The notes below the pieces were generated by a model. The model was not told the DNA's origin. It worked only from the letters and a program-made list of their open reading frames with translations, and made no database searches. This document shows, one piece after another, positions 35,959 to 46,365 of a DNA stretch of 52,249 bases (within the stretch, counting starts at the first letter, position 1; each line of letters opens with the position of its first letter). The position numbers were made by a program, and so were the translations under genes. Location of the stretch: positions 1 through 52,249 of the IMG/VR virus record IMGVR_UViG_3300045282_000164. One strand, 5' to 3'. Source of the DNA: a virus (lineage: Duplodnaviria; Caudoviricetes).

Positions 35959-36511
35959 GAAGTTTAAAGAAGGCGTAGCCAGGGCAGTAAAGAAGGCTTT
36001 CAAGCATCCGCATGAATGTGTGCAATTTCAAAATACGGTAGAGCAGGAAGATAAGGAATTTCTTGCTGCGCTCACTGCTGGCGCTGGCAAGGTTGGGGAT
36101 ACCACGCCCGTTATTACTGTAGCTCAGGCCAACCGTGGGCCAGCCACCTTTACCTTTGATGCACCACAGCCGATTCCTGCGGGCTTGCGTTTTGCTACTT
36201 TCAATCTTCCTTGCGATCTTATCAGTGATAAGCTGGCCACCGGGAAAAGTTTAGACATCCAGTTTTTTCTTTCACCCGATGGTGTGCAACCTTACGCCTT
36301 TGCTAACGGTACTCATTGGGTGAGTTACGGACCGAACGGACAGCACACAAAGAATCCTGACGGCACGCCGGGGCCAGATAACCCTGACCCGACAATAATT
36401 CTCCCATTGATTGATTTCCCTGGTAATCCGCGAGTGGGGTTTAGGCTTAGGGGTGTGATTGTCCTTAACAACTCATTTAACATCGGCGCTAACGTGTCGA
36501 TTACAAGCTAG
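35921..36511 (+). CDS. Hypothetical structural protein
   Basis: Position in the structural block; beta-rich C-terminus. Confidence 0.55.
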   Translation: MTKPNKPKPTEIEKFKEGVARAVKKAFKHPHECVQFQNTVEQEDKEFLAALTAGAGKVGDTTPVITVAQANRGPATFTFDAPQPIPAGLRFATFNLPCDLISDKLATGKSLDIQFFLSPDGVQPYAFANGTHWVSYGPNGQHTKNPDGTPGPDNPDPTIILPLIDFPGNPRVGFRLRGVIVLNNSFNIGANVSITS

Positions 36512-37188
36512 TGGCAATTGCTTTTGACAGCGCAGTGGATGGGGGTACAAACGGTGGTGGAGCTAATAGTTTAACTTTCACATTTAATAATGTTGCCGGG
36601 AACATTGTTTTTGTCGGTGGCAATGGTGATAGCGATATTTTGGACGTGACTAGTGTTACGTGGAACGGTGTGGCGATGGCTTTGGTGGAACGGTTACAGG
36701 GGGGCCTTAGTTCGCTACACGACCTGTATCTATACGTGTCGAACGGCACACCAGCTACAGGATCAAATAACGTAGTGGTAAGTGCTACGAACAATCAAAC
36801 TTTGAGATTTGGCGCGGTGTCTTATTCTGGTGCGAGCCTTTTTGCGCAACCAGATGCCCACACGAACCATTTTGATTTTCTTAATCCTCTGACTACGCCG
36901 CTTGTTTCGATTGCCGACAATTGCTGGCATGTACTAGTGTTTGATGGATTTCATTCCGGCGCGGAAGCACCGGCAGCCGGGACCGGTACAACACGTAGAG
37001 CTTTTTCTACTGACACTACATGGGGGCTATTTGATTCTAACTCAGCTAAGACACCGGCTGGCAGTGTTAGCCTAGCAACTCAGTTTTCAACCATTGAACA
37101 AACTGCGGCGCATGTGATGGCGTCGTTTAATCCGACAGCGATTATTCCGCCCGCCGTCAGTGCTTCAGCATATTATTACAAGGCATAG
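36511..37188 (+). CDS. Virion beta-sandwich protein
   Basis: MAIAFDSA..VTSVTWNGVAM..PATGSNNVVVS. Confidence 0.7.
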   Translation: MAIAFDSAVDGGTNGGGANSLTFTFNNVAGNIVFVGGNGDSDILDVTSVTWNGVAMALVERLQGGLSSLHDLYLYVSNGTPATGSNNVVVSATNNQTLRFGAVSYSGASLFAQPDAHTNHFDFLNPLTTPLVSIADNCWHVLVFDGFHSGAEAPAAGTGTTRRAFSTDTTWGLFDSNSAKTPAGSVSLATQFSTIEQTAAHVMASFNPTAIIPPAVSASAYYYKA

Positions 37189-39393
37189 ATGGCGCTCACT
37201 GTAAATCACGTTTTCACCAATCCGGTTGCGGACGGCACAATCACGTCAATCGTTCGCCCCTCAGACTGGAACAGCGCCCACAAACTCGTTTACAACATGA
37301 TCGATGGTATTGGCGTATCCGATACCACCTATTTCAGTGGTTCGGTTATCTTTTCCAATCAGGCCAATATCACCATCAACTCGTCAGTCAACGGCGCATC
37401 GCAGTACGTGCAGTTTAGCGTGGGTGCGGCTGGCTTAACTACCGCAATGGCGAGCAATCGCGGCTCTGATTTTGTACAGGCCACGGCAGGATTTAACGGA
37501 ACCAATTGCAGCGGGACCATTGCGTCAAACTCGGTTTCTGTGAGCGTTGGCAACTATCTAACTACAGCCGATCTCTCTGCCAATAGTTCTAAGTATGTAC
37601 AGAACTGGAAGCTAACCGGGAACACAGCGGGCACTACTTCAAGCGCACAGGGAACCGACCTTTGGTTTGATGGCGGCAACAGCATCACGGTATCCGGCAA
37701 CAGTAATACCATAAGGCTATCAGTAGGCGCCTATATCACTACGGCACGGGGCAGCACCGACGCAATTGGACTCAATACGGCCGGGACCAACATGACATGG
37801 ACAGCCAATAGCGCGGGGCTGTCTATTAACGCTGGTGGCTATGCAGGAACAAATACCGCGGCAACTGGCGCGTCTGTCACACTCAACACCTCGGGCATCT
37901 CCATTAATTTGCCCGCATATCTAACTACAGCAGATCTATCCGCCAACACCTCAAAGTTTGTCCAAAACTGGAAATTGACAGGCAACACGTCAGGAACAAC
38001 CAGCAGTGCTCAAGGGACTGATTTGTGGTTTCAAGGTGGGAATAGTCTGACCGTCTCTGGCAGTAGCAACAGTGTTGTCTTCTCGGTGGGTGCCTACATT
38101 ACTACTGCCGATCTATCCGCGAACAGTTCTAAGTACGTCCAGAATTGGAAGCTCACCGGGAACACATCTGGCACCACAAGCAGCGCACAAGGAACCGATC
38201 TTTGGTTTCAGGGTGGCAATAGTCTCACGGTTTCAGGAAGCAGCAATAGCATTGTGTTTTCCGTAGGGGCATATCTAACAACGGCAATGGCATCAAACCG
38301 TGGGACTGATTTCGTGCAGGGCACAGCGGGGTTTAACGGCACGAATTGCAGCGGCACGATTGCATCAAATTCGATTTCTGTCAGTGTGGGTGCCTACATT
38401 ACCACGGCGGATTTATCTGCCAATAGTTCTAAATATGTCCAGAATTGGAAACTAACAGGGAATACGGCAGGTACTACAAGCAGTGCTCAAGGCACCGATC
38501 TTTGGTTTTCGGGTGCGGGTGCCATGACTGTTTCCGGCAGCAGCAATACTATTGTGCTTAGCCCTCCCGCAAGTTCGAGCCTGATTGGATCGAGCGGTAT
38601 TTCGCTAAGCAGTGCGGGCTCAACAATTACTATTTATCAGCCGGTAGCATCTCAATTTGATCCCGTCAGGGCCGCACCTGTAACCAATTCCACTTTGGGT
38701 CAATCAACGCTTTATTTCTTCCCATTCGATAATGGTGACATGCTATCCGCTTCCCGCGTTAACTTCTTTCATTCAATTGCGTTTACCTACTCGGGGGCGC
38801 CAGCTAACTCAACCGCATGGCTTGCGGCAGGTTATGGCCTCTACACTAGAGGAACAGGAGCAAGCACCGATAGGATCTCACTGCTTACTAGCTATTCAAT
38901 GGCCTATATAAGTGGCAGTGCTTCGAGTAGCACGCGTCTGTCTGTGACTAACTATTGGCAGGTATCGAATGGAACTACCCATTCCACGACTCAATACGGA
39001 CAAAATAATGTGACGGCAGGAACTTATCTCACAAGCTCGATTGGTGGCTTTCGCGTAGTCGCTTTCCCGGTAAGTTCTTTGCTAACTCCCGGCCGTTATT
39101 GGCTTGGCTATTCAGTTCAAAGCTCCAGCCAGGGAGCCTCGTTGATTTTTGGCCATAGCGTCATGCAGGCGCAGTTTTCAAACCAGCTTGCTTTCCAGCC
39201 GTTCAATGTGGTTTCGGCTGCGTCTAATGCCTCATTCTGGGATGCGTCAAACGGGTTTGGAATTTACTCCGCACAGTCGGCAGCGTGGCCGAATAGCATT
39301 CCTTTAACATCAGACTCAATCAGGGCGGCGCTGGTCAACACGGTGCCAATATTTAACTTTAGCGGGATTAGCCAATCGAGTAATATTCTATGA
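37189..39393 (+). CDS. Ser/Thr/Gly-rich fibre protein with modular internal repeats
   Basis: VRPSDWNSAH N-terminus; four 59-aa-type and two 41-aa repeats. Confidence 0.8.
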   Translation: MALTVNHVFTNPVADGTITSIVRPSDWNSAHKLVYNMIDGIGVSDTTYFSGSVIFSNQANITINSSVNGASQYVQFSVGAAGLTTAMASNRGSDFVQATAGFNGTNCSGTIASNSVSVSVGNYLTTADLSANSSKYVQNWKLTGNTAGTTSSAQGTDLWFDGGNSITVSGNSNTIRLSVGAYITTARGSTDAIGLNTAGTNMTWTANSAGLSINAGGYAGTNTAATGASVTLNTSGISINLPAYLTTADLSANTSKFVQNWKLTGNTSGTTSSAQGTDLWFQGGNSLTVSGSSNSVVFSVGAYITTADLSANSSKYVQNWKLTGNTSGTTSSAQGTDLWFQGGNSLTVSGSSNSIVFSVGAYLTTAMASNRGTDFVQGTAGFNGTNCSGTIASNSISVSVGAYITTADLSANSSKYVQNWKLTGNTAGTTSSAQGTDLWFSGAGAMTVSGSSNTIVLSPPASSSLIGSSGISLSSAGSTITIYQPVASQFDPVRAAPVTNSTLGQSTLYFFPFDNGDMLSASRVNFFHSIAFTYSGAPANSTAWLAAGYGLYTRGTGASTDRISLLTSYSMAYISGSASSSTRLSVTNYWQVSNGTTHSTTQYGQNNVTAGTYLTSSIGGFRVVAFPVSSLLTPGRYWLGYSVQSSSQGASLIFGHSVMQAQFSNQLAFQPFNVVSAASNASFWDASNGFGIYSAQSAAWPNSIPLTSDSIRAALVNTVPIFNFSGISQSSNIL

Positions 39394-40103
39394 CGCCGCA
39401 GATAATCTCATACGACTTTGGCCGCCACAATGGAGATTTAAAAGGGGCTTCTGCTCGCATCCTACAGGGCGGCTCGTGGAAAAAACAGCGCATGATTGTG
39501 CTTATTCCGGCGGCAACCATGATGGCCAGCAAGGTTGCGCTGTCTCACTGGAACCTTATCTTCCCGCCCAATCAGGCAGTCCACAGGATGCTTTGCCTTG
39601 GGATGGAAGTAGGGGAGGCTTATTCAACTGCAATCGAAAGTATCCTGGCGCATCCCGATCTTTCACAGTGGGAATTTATACTCACGATTGAACATGACAA
39701 TATTCCGCCGCCTGATGGTGTCTTAAAGCTGGTTGCACAGATGGAAAAGCACCCCGAATTGTCCTGCATCGGCGGACTCTATTTTACGAAGGGCGAGGGT
39801 GGTGTACCCCAGATTTGGGGCGATCCAACTGATGCGATTGTAAACTACCGCCCACAGGCCCCTGTACCTGGGCAATTGGTGGAATGTTGCGGGACTGGCA
39901 TGGGCTTTAATTTGTGGCGACTTTCTATGTTCAAAGATGATAAACTAAGGAAGCCGTGGTTTAAAACACAGGCAAGCGCAGCCGGGGTAGGCACGCAGGA
40001 TCTTTATGCTTGGAGCGACTTCCGTAAACATGGCTATCGGTGTGCTATTGATTGTGCGGTGATGGTGGGCCATTACGACCCAGAAACGGATACGACATGG
40101 TGA
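39390..40103 (+). CDS. Glycosyltransferase, GT-A/GT2-like
   Basis: ILTIEHDNIPPPD..IGGLYFTK..GTGMGFNLW..QDLY..VMVGHYD. Confidence 0.8.
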   Translation: MTPQIISYDFGRHNGDLKGASARILQGGSWKKQRMIVLIPAATMMASKVALSHWNLIFPPNQAVHRMLCLGMEVGEAYSTAIESILAHPDLSQWEFILTIEHDNIPPPDGVLKLVAQMEKHPELSCIGGLYFTKGEGGVPQIWGDPTDAIVNYRPQAPVPGQLVECCGTGMGFNLWRLSMFKDDKLRKPWFKTQASAAGVGTQDLYAWSDFRKHGYRCAIDCAVMVGHYDPETDTTW

Positions 40104-40241
40104 ATGAAGCTAAAAGAGGATGTCCAGTATGCGGTGGTACTGCGGGATTTCATCTGTCATTTTGTACTCAACCATTGACCGAGGAAGAGAAAGACATTCA
40201 GCAAAAAGTTTACAAGGCAATTTTCTCAACTGAAAAAAAAG

Positions 40242-40913
40242 ATGGGACAAGCGAAACTAAAAAAGAAACCTGAAAAGTATGGTCCTCAGCCTGTTGGGGA
40301 GCTATGCTATTGCGGCAAAAAAAACAATCCAATTGATTGTGCCTTCCCAACCTGTAATGGTCGGGCGGCATTAAAGCTCGATCTAGGTTGTGGCCAGAAC
40401 AAGCAGGTGGGATTTACCGGCGTTGACCGCCGTCAATTTCCCGGTGTGGATCAACTTGTGGATCTCACCAAAACACCTTGGCCGTGGCCAAGTGATTCAG
40501 TTGAGGAAGTCCATTGCTCTCACTTCCTTGAACACCTTGACCACAACACCCACAACCCACAGCGCGTTAGATTCATGAACGAGCTTTACCGCGTCATGAA
40601 GGTTGGCGCCAAGGCATCAATTGTTACCCCGCATTGGTGCAGCAACAGGGCCTATGGTGATTTTACTCATGCCGATAAGCCAGTAAGCGAGATGTTCTAT
40701 TACTATCTCAGTAAGAAGTGGCGAAAGGAAAACGCACCGGACAATGATATCGAGTGGAATCCGGATGGTTATAGCTGCGATTTTGAGGCTACCTGGGGCT
40801 ACGGGATGCGAGCAGATTTGACGGTGCGCAATCAGGAATATCAACAGTTTGCTTTTGCTAACTATAAGGAGGCGGCGCAAGACCTGTGGGCAACGCTCGT
40901 AAAACTTGGGTGA
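40242..40913 (+). CDS. Class I SAM methyltransferase, type 11-like
   Basis: LDLGCG..GVD..DLTKTPWPWPSDSVEEVHCSHFLEHL..MNELYRVMK. Confidence 0.88.
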   Translation: MGQAKLKKKPEKYGPQPVGELCYCGKKNNPIDCAFPTCNGRAALKLDLGCGQNKQVGFTGVDRRQFPGVDQLVDLTKTPWPWPSDSVEEVHCSHFLEHLDHNTHNPQRVRFMNELYRVMKVGAKASIVTPHWCSNRAYGDFTHADKPVSEMFYYYLSKKWRKENAPDNDIEWNPDGYSCDFEATWGYGMRADLTVRNQEYQQFAFANYKEAAQDLWATLVKLG

Positions 40914-41070
40914 CACAGCTTTCCAAGCAGATGCGTTTCAAAACGATGCTTTCCAAATTAACGCAGGCGAGGAGCCGCCAATTGTTATCAATCACCCGCA
41001 TTGGCGGGGTGCATCAACCATGCGCCGTTGCAGGAAGTGCTGCATAGCAATTTTAATGATGTTTTTCTAA
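40906..41070 (+). CDS. Small protein with an AFQxxAFQxxAFQ motif
   Basis: TTG start; GDTAFQADAFQNDAFQINAG. Confidence 0.6.
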   Translation: MGDTAFQADAFQNDAFQINAGEEPPIVINHPHWRGASTMRRCRKCCIAILMMFF

Positions 41071-41079
41071 GGAGATTTT

Positions 41080-42123
41080 ATGGCAACCCCACCATATCTA
41101 TGGGAAGAAAACTTTGAATCAAGTGTCACAATAGCCACCGCTACCAGCGGCAGCTTGATCGATGTGCCTCACTTTACCGAACTGGCCCGCCAGGGCATGG
41201 CACCTTACCGTGGCGCATACTGTCTTAGGATTCGGCTTGCCGGTGGCACCACGTCGCAGTTCATCAGGGAAGACACGGCATTCGATGATCTCATAGCCTC
41301 CACAACCAGATATATCCGACTCTATTTTTATCTCGGCAAGGATTTGGTGATGGCTGATGGCGACAAGTTCTCCTTGTTCGAGGCCGAGTCAACCCTTAAC
41401 ACTGTCACAGAAGCAGCCTTTGGAATTATCAGGACCGGAGCACAGCTCCTACTCTGGTACAATGAGACAACAGCGGCAGCGACACCAACAACGATTATCC
41501 TAGGCAACGCAGCTTTAGGTGCCAATACGGCACTTGGCCAATGGAACTGTTTTGAAATGAAGATGGTCCTTGATGCTGGCGGCGGTAACGATGGCACTTT
41601 GACGGGCTACTTCAATGACGGGGCGGCGGCAGCTATCACCGCACTAGACCAAGCAGCAATCGTTGACGCCAAAATTGGCGTTATTGGTCCCGATGCAGGT
41701 ACAAGCGGTACAGTCCTGATTGACAAGATTTACTATGACGACCTCCAGATATTCAAAGATCCAAGCAGATTCCGCAATGCTAATGCTTACATGACCAGCG
41801 CCACCGATCATATTTTCTTAGGCCCTGGTAGATTCTCTTGTGCGCTTACCGGCACCGGCACAAATGCCGTTTTGACACTTTACGATAGTGACGGTATTCC
41901 AACCAACCTGGCGGCCAATGTTCTTGACCGTTTGCGTAACCTGACAGCAAATGAACGCGTGCCAAGCTATGATGCTCTTGAGGTAACCAAGGGCCTTTAC
42001 GCCACTCTTAGCGGCACCAATGCTGAAGCCTTTTTCTCCTTTGATGAATGTGGCCCGGCCGGCCTGACTTCAGAAGCGCAGATTATTAACCTGGGCATTA
42101 GGAATGGAGCACCAAGACGATGA
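41080..42123 (+). CDS. Virion protein, ConA/lectin-like fold
   Basis: YIRLYFYLG..LGQWNCFEMK..GTLTGYFND..VLIDKI. Confidence 0.65.
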   Translation: MATPPYLWEENFESSVTIATATSGSLIDVPHFTELARQGMAPYRGAYCLRIRLAGGTTSQFIREDTAFDDLIASTTRYIRLYFYLGKDLVMADGDKFSLFEAESTLNTVTEAAFGIIRTGAQLLLWYNETTAAATPTTIILGNAALGANTALGQWNCFEMKMVLDAGGGNDGTLTGYFNDGAAAAITALDQAAIVDAKIGVIGPDAGTSGTVLIDKIYYDDLQIFKDPSRFRNANAYMTSATDHIFLGPGRFSCALTGTGTNAVLTLYDSDGIPTNLAANVLDRLRNLTANERVPSYDALEVTKGLYATLSGTNAEAFFSFDECGPAGLTSEAQIINLGIRNGAPRR

Positions 42124-42216
42124 TGTGGTTTTTCAATCGTCGTATTGAGCATAAATGGACAGAAGTTTTAGAGCCTGGATTGCGACGTATTATTGAAGAA
42201 AGGTACCTAGAGAAAT

Positions 42217-42735
42217 ATGAGTATCCAACTTCCCTACATTGAGAAAATTGAATCGGCTTCAGAACTTCTCGACTTGCTCTGTGATCCTAAGAAGTTTGCC
42301 GAACGGCTGAAGACGCTTGAGCAAGCCCAGGAAGCCGTAAACGTGCGGCTCAAGCGATACGAGGACTTCGATAAGATCGAAACGTATAAGAATGCTGCCG
42401 ATGCCAAGGTTAAGGAAGCCGAAGAGAAGCGAGCCGAGGTTGCTGAATATGTGAAACGGCAGCGTGCTTCGGCCGACACGATCTTAGGCAAAGCAATGGC
42501 TAAAGATAAGACTGCCCAGGAATTTCATGATGAGGTTCATAAACGCCATGAAGCAAGGGAAAACAAACTGGATCTTTGGGACCAGGAGCTTACCAAGCGC
42601 GAGGACGCTGTTGCTAAGGACTTGGCTGCTGCCGTCAAAAGCAGGGAAGACGCAGTTAAACTCGTTGCCGAAGCGAACAGCATCAGGGCAGAATATGAAG
42701 CTAAGCACGCAAAGCTAAAGGAGCTAGCAGCATGA
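42217..42735 (+). CDS. Coiled-coil protein
   Basis: E/K/A-rich heptads. Confidence 0.7.
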   Translation: MSIQLPYIEKIESASELLDLLCDPKKFAERLKTLEQAQEAVNVRLKRYEDFDKIETYKNAADAKVKEAEEKRAEVAEYVKRQRASADTILGKAMAKDKTAQEFHDEVHKRHEARENKLDLWDQELTKREDAVAKDLAAAVKSREDAVKLVAEANSIRAEYEAKHAKLKELAA

Positions 42736-43022
42736 TGCACAAGTTTGCTCTTACCGCAGGCATCCCACACCGCATCAATGGCAAGTGGCCAATCCTGGGC
42801 TTTCATTGGGGGTTTATCCAACCTGGCGAGTTTTGGCTACGCATTTTTTTGATCTGGCTACGCGTTGATATTTGTCTGGGTAAGCATTGGCCCTCGGTAG
42901 ATGTGCGGGAACATTGGAAACAGTTTAAGGGGGCGCAAAAACTATACAAGAAAACTGACGGTTTTGGATTCGATTACCTTGGTAGGCGGGAATATTATGA
43001 ACGGCAGTTAAAGTCATGTTAA
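42732..43022 (+). CDS. Hypothetical protein
   Basis: Coupled ORF. Confidence 0.5.
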   Translation: MMHKFALTAGIPHRINGKWPILGFHWGFIQPGEFWLRIFLIWLRVDICLGKHWPSVDVREHWKQFKGAQKLYKKTDGFGFDYLGRREYYERQLKSC

Positions 43023-43732
43023 ACCCGACTACGTTATACCTATATCTATATGCCGGTGGCACGCCGCCGTCCAGGCCACCGCAGACCTTTTACCAGGCGC
43101 AATACTCACTCAAGCCAGGGATTGATGAAATGATTTTGCCCCATACCCTACAGACGGCAAGCATAGTGCCGGCGTTTACCCCAAGTTGGAATACCACGGT
43201 ATGGGCAACGGTGATCACAGATACTTATTTGAAGGTTAGATTCGGCGTTCAAACGCCGCTCAAGGCTGCAACGCTAGACTATTCAGTCAATCGCGGGACA
43301 GGGGTAGCCGTAACATCAGGGGTCACAACCTGGACAGTTAGCCACAACTTTAACGATGCAACGGCCGTGATTCTCTTTGCCTCCAATTGGAACACAACAA
43401 TTAGAGTTAGAACCAAAGCGGCCAATTCAACTATTGTTGATTTTAGCACCCCGGCACCAACAGGAGCTTACCTTTATTATGGTTTACACCAGGACGATTC
43501 AGACATCACATCAACTGAGGTTGTGTCTGATGCGGCTAAAACTCACACAATACGTCACAACGCATCCAGGGCTTTTCTCCCGATCTTCGTACAGCCAAGC
43601 TGGTACACAACCGTTACGTGGAAAGAAAAGTTGGACCTTAATCAGACAGTCATAAGCTTTGGCACTCCGCCAAGTGGAGCGGCAACAATGGATACGCGAG
43701 TAAAGGCTATTGGGAACATGGTGGTGTCATGA
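43016..43732 (+). CDS. Structural protein with three tandem beta domains
   Basis: PSWNTTV, SNWNTTI and PSWYTTV repeats. Confidence 0.65.
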   Translation: MLNPTTLYLYLYAGGTPPSRPPQTFYQAQYSLKPGIDEMILPHTLQTASIVPAFTPSWNTTVWATVITDTYLKVRFGVQTPLKAATLDYSVNRGTGVAVTSGVTTWTVSHNFNDATAVILFASNWNTTIRVRTKAANSTIVDFSTPAPTGAYLYYGLHQDDSDITSTEVVSDAAKTHTIRHNASRAFLPIFVQPSWYTTVTWKEKLDLNQTVISFGTPPSGAATMDTRVKAIGNMVVS

Positions 43733-44754
43733 GTAGCACATCAGAACCTCAAACATTTCGTGAGTTACAAGACGACTTCATTTCGAGAATTAAGGAATCG
43801 TCAACCGTTGCATCCAAAGTAACACAGGCTAAGCGGCTTCTAAATACTGCTCTTGTTGACATGCACCAGGCACCGGGTAAAAGTTTTTCTTGGCCTGAGA
43901 AGCCCGGGGTACTTATTACTCATGCACCTTACGATACCGGCACGGTGACTATTACCGCTGCAAATAGAAATTTCGTGACGGGGGCTTCAACACTATGGAA
44001 TACCGCTGTGCCAGGATTTGGGTTTAATAACGTCAGGGTTGGCGGGAAGATCAAATTTGCAGGTGGCCTGGATAATTATGAGGTTGCATTGGTGGGCTCT
44101 GATAACTCACTGACGCTTACCTCAGTTTATATCGGGGACGCTCTATCCGCTGCTAGCTACACCTATTACGAGGATGATTACGCTTTGCCCGGTGACTTTG
44201 AGGAATTCGTTGATCTTAGAATGTTCTCAACTGATCTCAACATTCCGCTAGTTGGCCGCACTGACTTCCGCAGGATGTTCCCGCGTAACGATCTCCCACA
44301 GCGTCCCAAGGTGGCAACCCACATCCAGCTTGATTTCAGCGGCACGGCTGCCGCACAGCACCGTGTGACGCTGTACCCGCCTCCAGATGACGAATACCAG
44401 ATACCGTACTGGTACAGGAGTAACTACCTGGCGGTGACTACAACCGGGACACGTCAATCCCGCATGGTGAACGATAGCGATGAACCGATTGTGCCACTTG
44501 GCAAACGCCAGGCGATTACGCTCTATGCTATTTATGAATATTATCGAGACGATAAGGACGACATGCCGCGTGCTCAGGAAGCGTACCGAATCTATACCGA
44601 GTTTATGAAACGAATTGTGGGCGATAAAAGTGCCAGCGATTCAAGGCCTCAACTAATTGTGGCTAGCCGTGGGCGTGGAATGCGAGGCAATCAACGATTT
44701 GATTATGGAAATCGTTTTGACCAGATCAGGGATATAAAACGGTGGGGTTATTAA
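43729..44754 (+). CDS. Head-tail adaptor (tail tubular protein A-like)
   Basis: TFRELQD..DYALPGDF..TLYPPPDDEY..DSDEPIVP. Confidence 0.75.
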   Translation: MSSTSEPQTFRELQDDFISRIKESSTVASKVTQAKRLLNTALVDMHQAPGKSFSWPEKPGVLITHAPYDTGTVTITAANRNFVTGASTLWNTAVPGFGFNNVRVGGKIKFAGGLDNYEVALVGSDNSLTLTSVYIGDALSAASYTYYEDDYALPGDFEEFVDLRMFSTDLNIPLVGRTDFRRMFPRNDLPQRPKVATHIQLDFSGTAAAQHRVTLYPPPDDEYQIPYWYRSNYLAVTTTGTRQSRMVNDSDEPIVPLGKRQAITLYAIYEYYRDDKDDMPRAQEAYRIYTEFMKRIVGDKSASDSRPQLIVASRGRGMRGNQRFDYGNRFDQIRDIKRWGY

Positions 44755-46365
44755 GTGCCTGACGCAATTTTCCCAACCATATTATTACCGCTTGGAAATG
44801 TAGGTTACGCTACCGATTTACCCAAGCAAGCGCGTAGTCTCACCCACTATGAGCGTGCAGACAATGTTATCTATGAGGTAGGCGGCCAAATTCGTAAGTT
44901 CGGCGGTGCAGAGAAAATCAATGCGCAAGCTCTTACCGGCGCAGTAACTGGCATGTACGATTACTGGTTTGGTGGTGGCTCTTTAGGTTTCACTCAGAAA
45001 TTCATTGCTACTTCAGCCAACGGCAAGATTTGGAAAGACGATGGTGACGGCGTATTCGATGATATCACCGGCGCCGCAACCATCACCAACAATGCCATCC
45101 CTGTCTTCGGCACGGCCACCAATCTTTTGATTATCGCATTCCACACGCGCAACCCAATCCTACAATGGACCGGCGCGGGTGTTGTTTCAGCTCTATCTAG
45201 CGCACCATTGGGCAAGGGTTTTGTATTTCATGGCAATCGTGGCTGGATTTGGGACGGTAGCATTCTTTACTATTCCGCCTATGGCGATGTAACTGACTGG
45301 ACTGGTATGGATACCGGCAACTTTGTGATCGATGCCGGCGATGGCGATGAAATTGTGGGATGCGCGAGCCATACCCGATCCAACCTTATTGTTTTCAAGG
45401 GGCCTAATACCGGCTCAATTCACACTATCAGTGGCACGGCGCCAAGCGGGGCAGATGCCTATGTTAAGGACGTGGTGTGTCGTGGCCTACCGCTTCAAAG
45501 TCCTCACGGACTTATTCAGCTTGGCGATGGTGACTTGGCCTTCATGACGCCTCGTGGCCTGCACCTTCTTTCAACTGTGTTCCAATACGGCAACTTTGCC
45601 CCGAAGGATATCACGCGCTATCTACGCCGCCACTTCAGGGAACTGATCAGCCGCGCTAACATGAATGCTACCTGGGGCGTGGATTATAAGGAAAAAAATT
45701 GTCTGCTCTGGGCAACAACCACCGTAGGCGCGACTAGAAATGATCAGATGTTTGGCATGTCTTATACTCGCCTGGCTGAAGATAACTGGAAACCATTCAC
45801 GGTTACACGTGAGTGTTACAGCATGGCGATTAGAAAGAATCCTACAACAAAAATTGATGAAGTAGTCACGGGCTCAGCCGATGGATTTGTCCGGCGCCAG
45901 GATATCAACTTACGAAGCCTCGACGGGATAACCCCATATACTTACAACCTGACTTCGCCCAGGTTGCTTATAGGGACGGTGGACGCGGCAGGAAAGCCCA
46001 GGGGTGACATGCCGGGAGTATTGGAAAGCATCTATGTGCGCTCTGAATCTACGGGTGATTATACCCTCTATGGTTCATTCTCTAGGGACAATTTGCCTGC
46101 CGAGACTTACGGTTTTGCTCTAGGGGAAACCATTGGAGACTTTGTTTTAGGCACCTCAATCCTTGGGGTTGGCCGACTCGGGACTAACGACGCAATGGAA
46201 ATTGCTTATTCAAATCCCTCTGCAGTGGGTGAGTGCCGTTCGCTCAAGTTTACTTTGCTTCAGGGCGGGCTGGACCAGGATGCAAACTTATTGGAAATGG
46301 GAATTGAATATACACCGGCCGGGCAGACGCGTAAATCTCCGGTACAATCGGCTAGGGATACTTAA
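44755..46365 (+). CDS. Tail nozzle/stabilisation protein (tubular B or P22 gp10-like)
   Basis: HGNRGW..LYYSAYGDVTDW..GDEIVG..LIVFK; position after the adaptor. Confidence 0.78.
   Translation: MPDAIFPTILLPLGNVGYATDLPKQARSLTHYERADNVIYEVGGQIRKFGGAEKINAQALTGAVTGMYDYWFGGGSLGFTQKFIATSANGKIWKDDGDGVFDDITGAATITNNAIPVFGTATNLLIIAFHTRNPILQWTGAGVVSALSSAPLGKGFVFHGNRGWIWDGSILYYSAYGDVTDWTGMDTGNFVIDAGDGDEIVGCASHTRSNLIVFKGPNTGSIHTISGTAPSGADAYVKDVVCRGLPLQSPHGLIQLGDGDLAFMTPRGLHLLSTVFQYGNFAPKDITRYLRRHFRELISRANMNATWGVDYKEKNCLLWATTTVGATRNDQMFGMSYTRLAEDNWKPFTVTRECYSMAIRKNPTTKIDEVVTGSADGFVRRQDINLRSLDGITPYTYNLTSPRLLIGTVDAAGKPRGDMPGVLESIYVRSESTGDYTLYGSFSRDNLPAETYGFALGETIGDFVLGTSILGVGRLGTNDAMEIAYSNPSAVGECRSLKFTLLQGGLDQDANLLEMGIEYTPAGQTRKSPVQSARDT

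Noticed and set aside
37430-38560. CRISPR array or DGR template/variable repeats
   Set aside because: The repeats are in-frame with synonymous divergence, not adenine-specific; no reverse transcriptase or spacer pattern
37189-39393. Enrichment of N-x-S/T sequons as evidence of N-glycosylation
   Set aside because: Roughly what the high Asn/Ser/Thr content predicts, and the protein has no export signal
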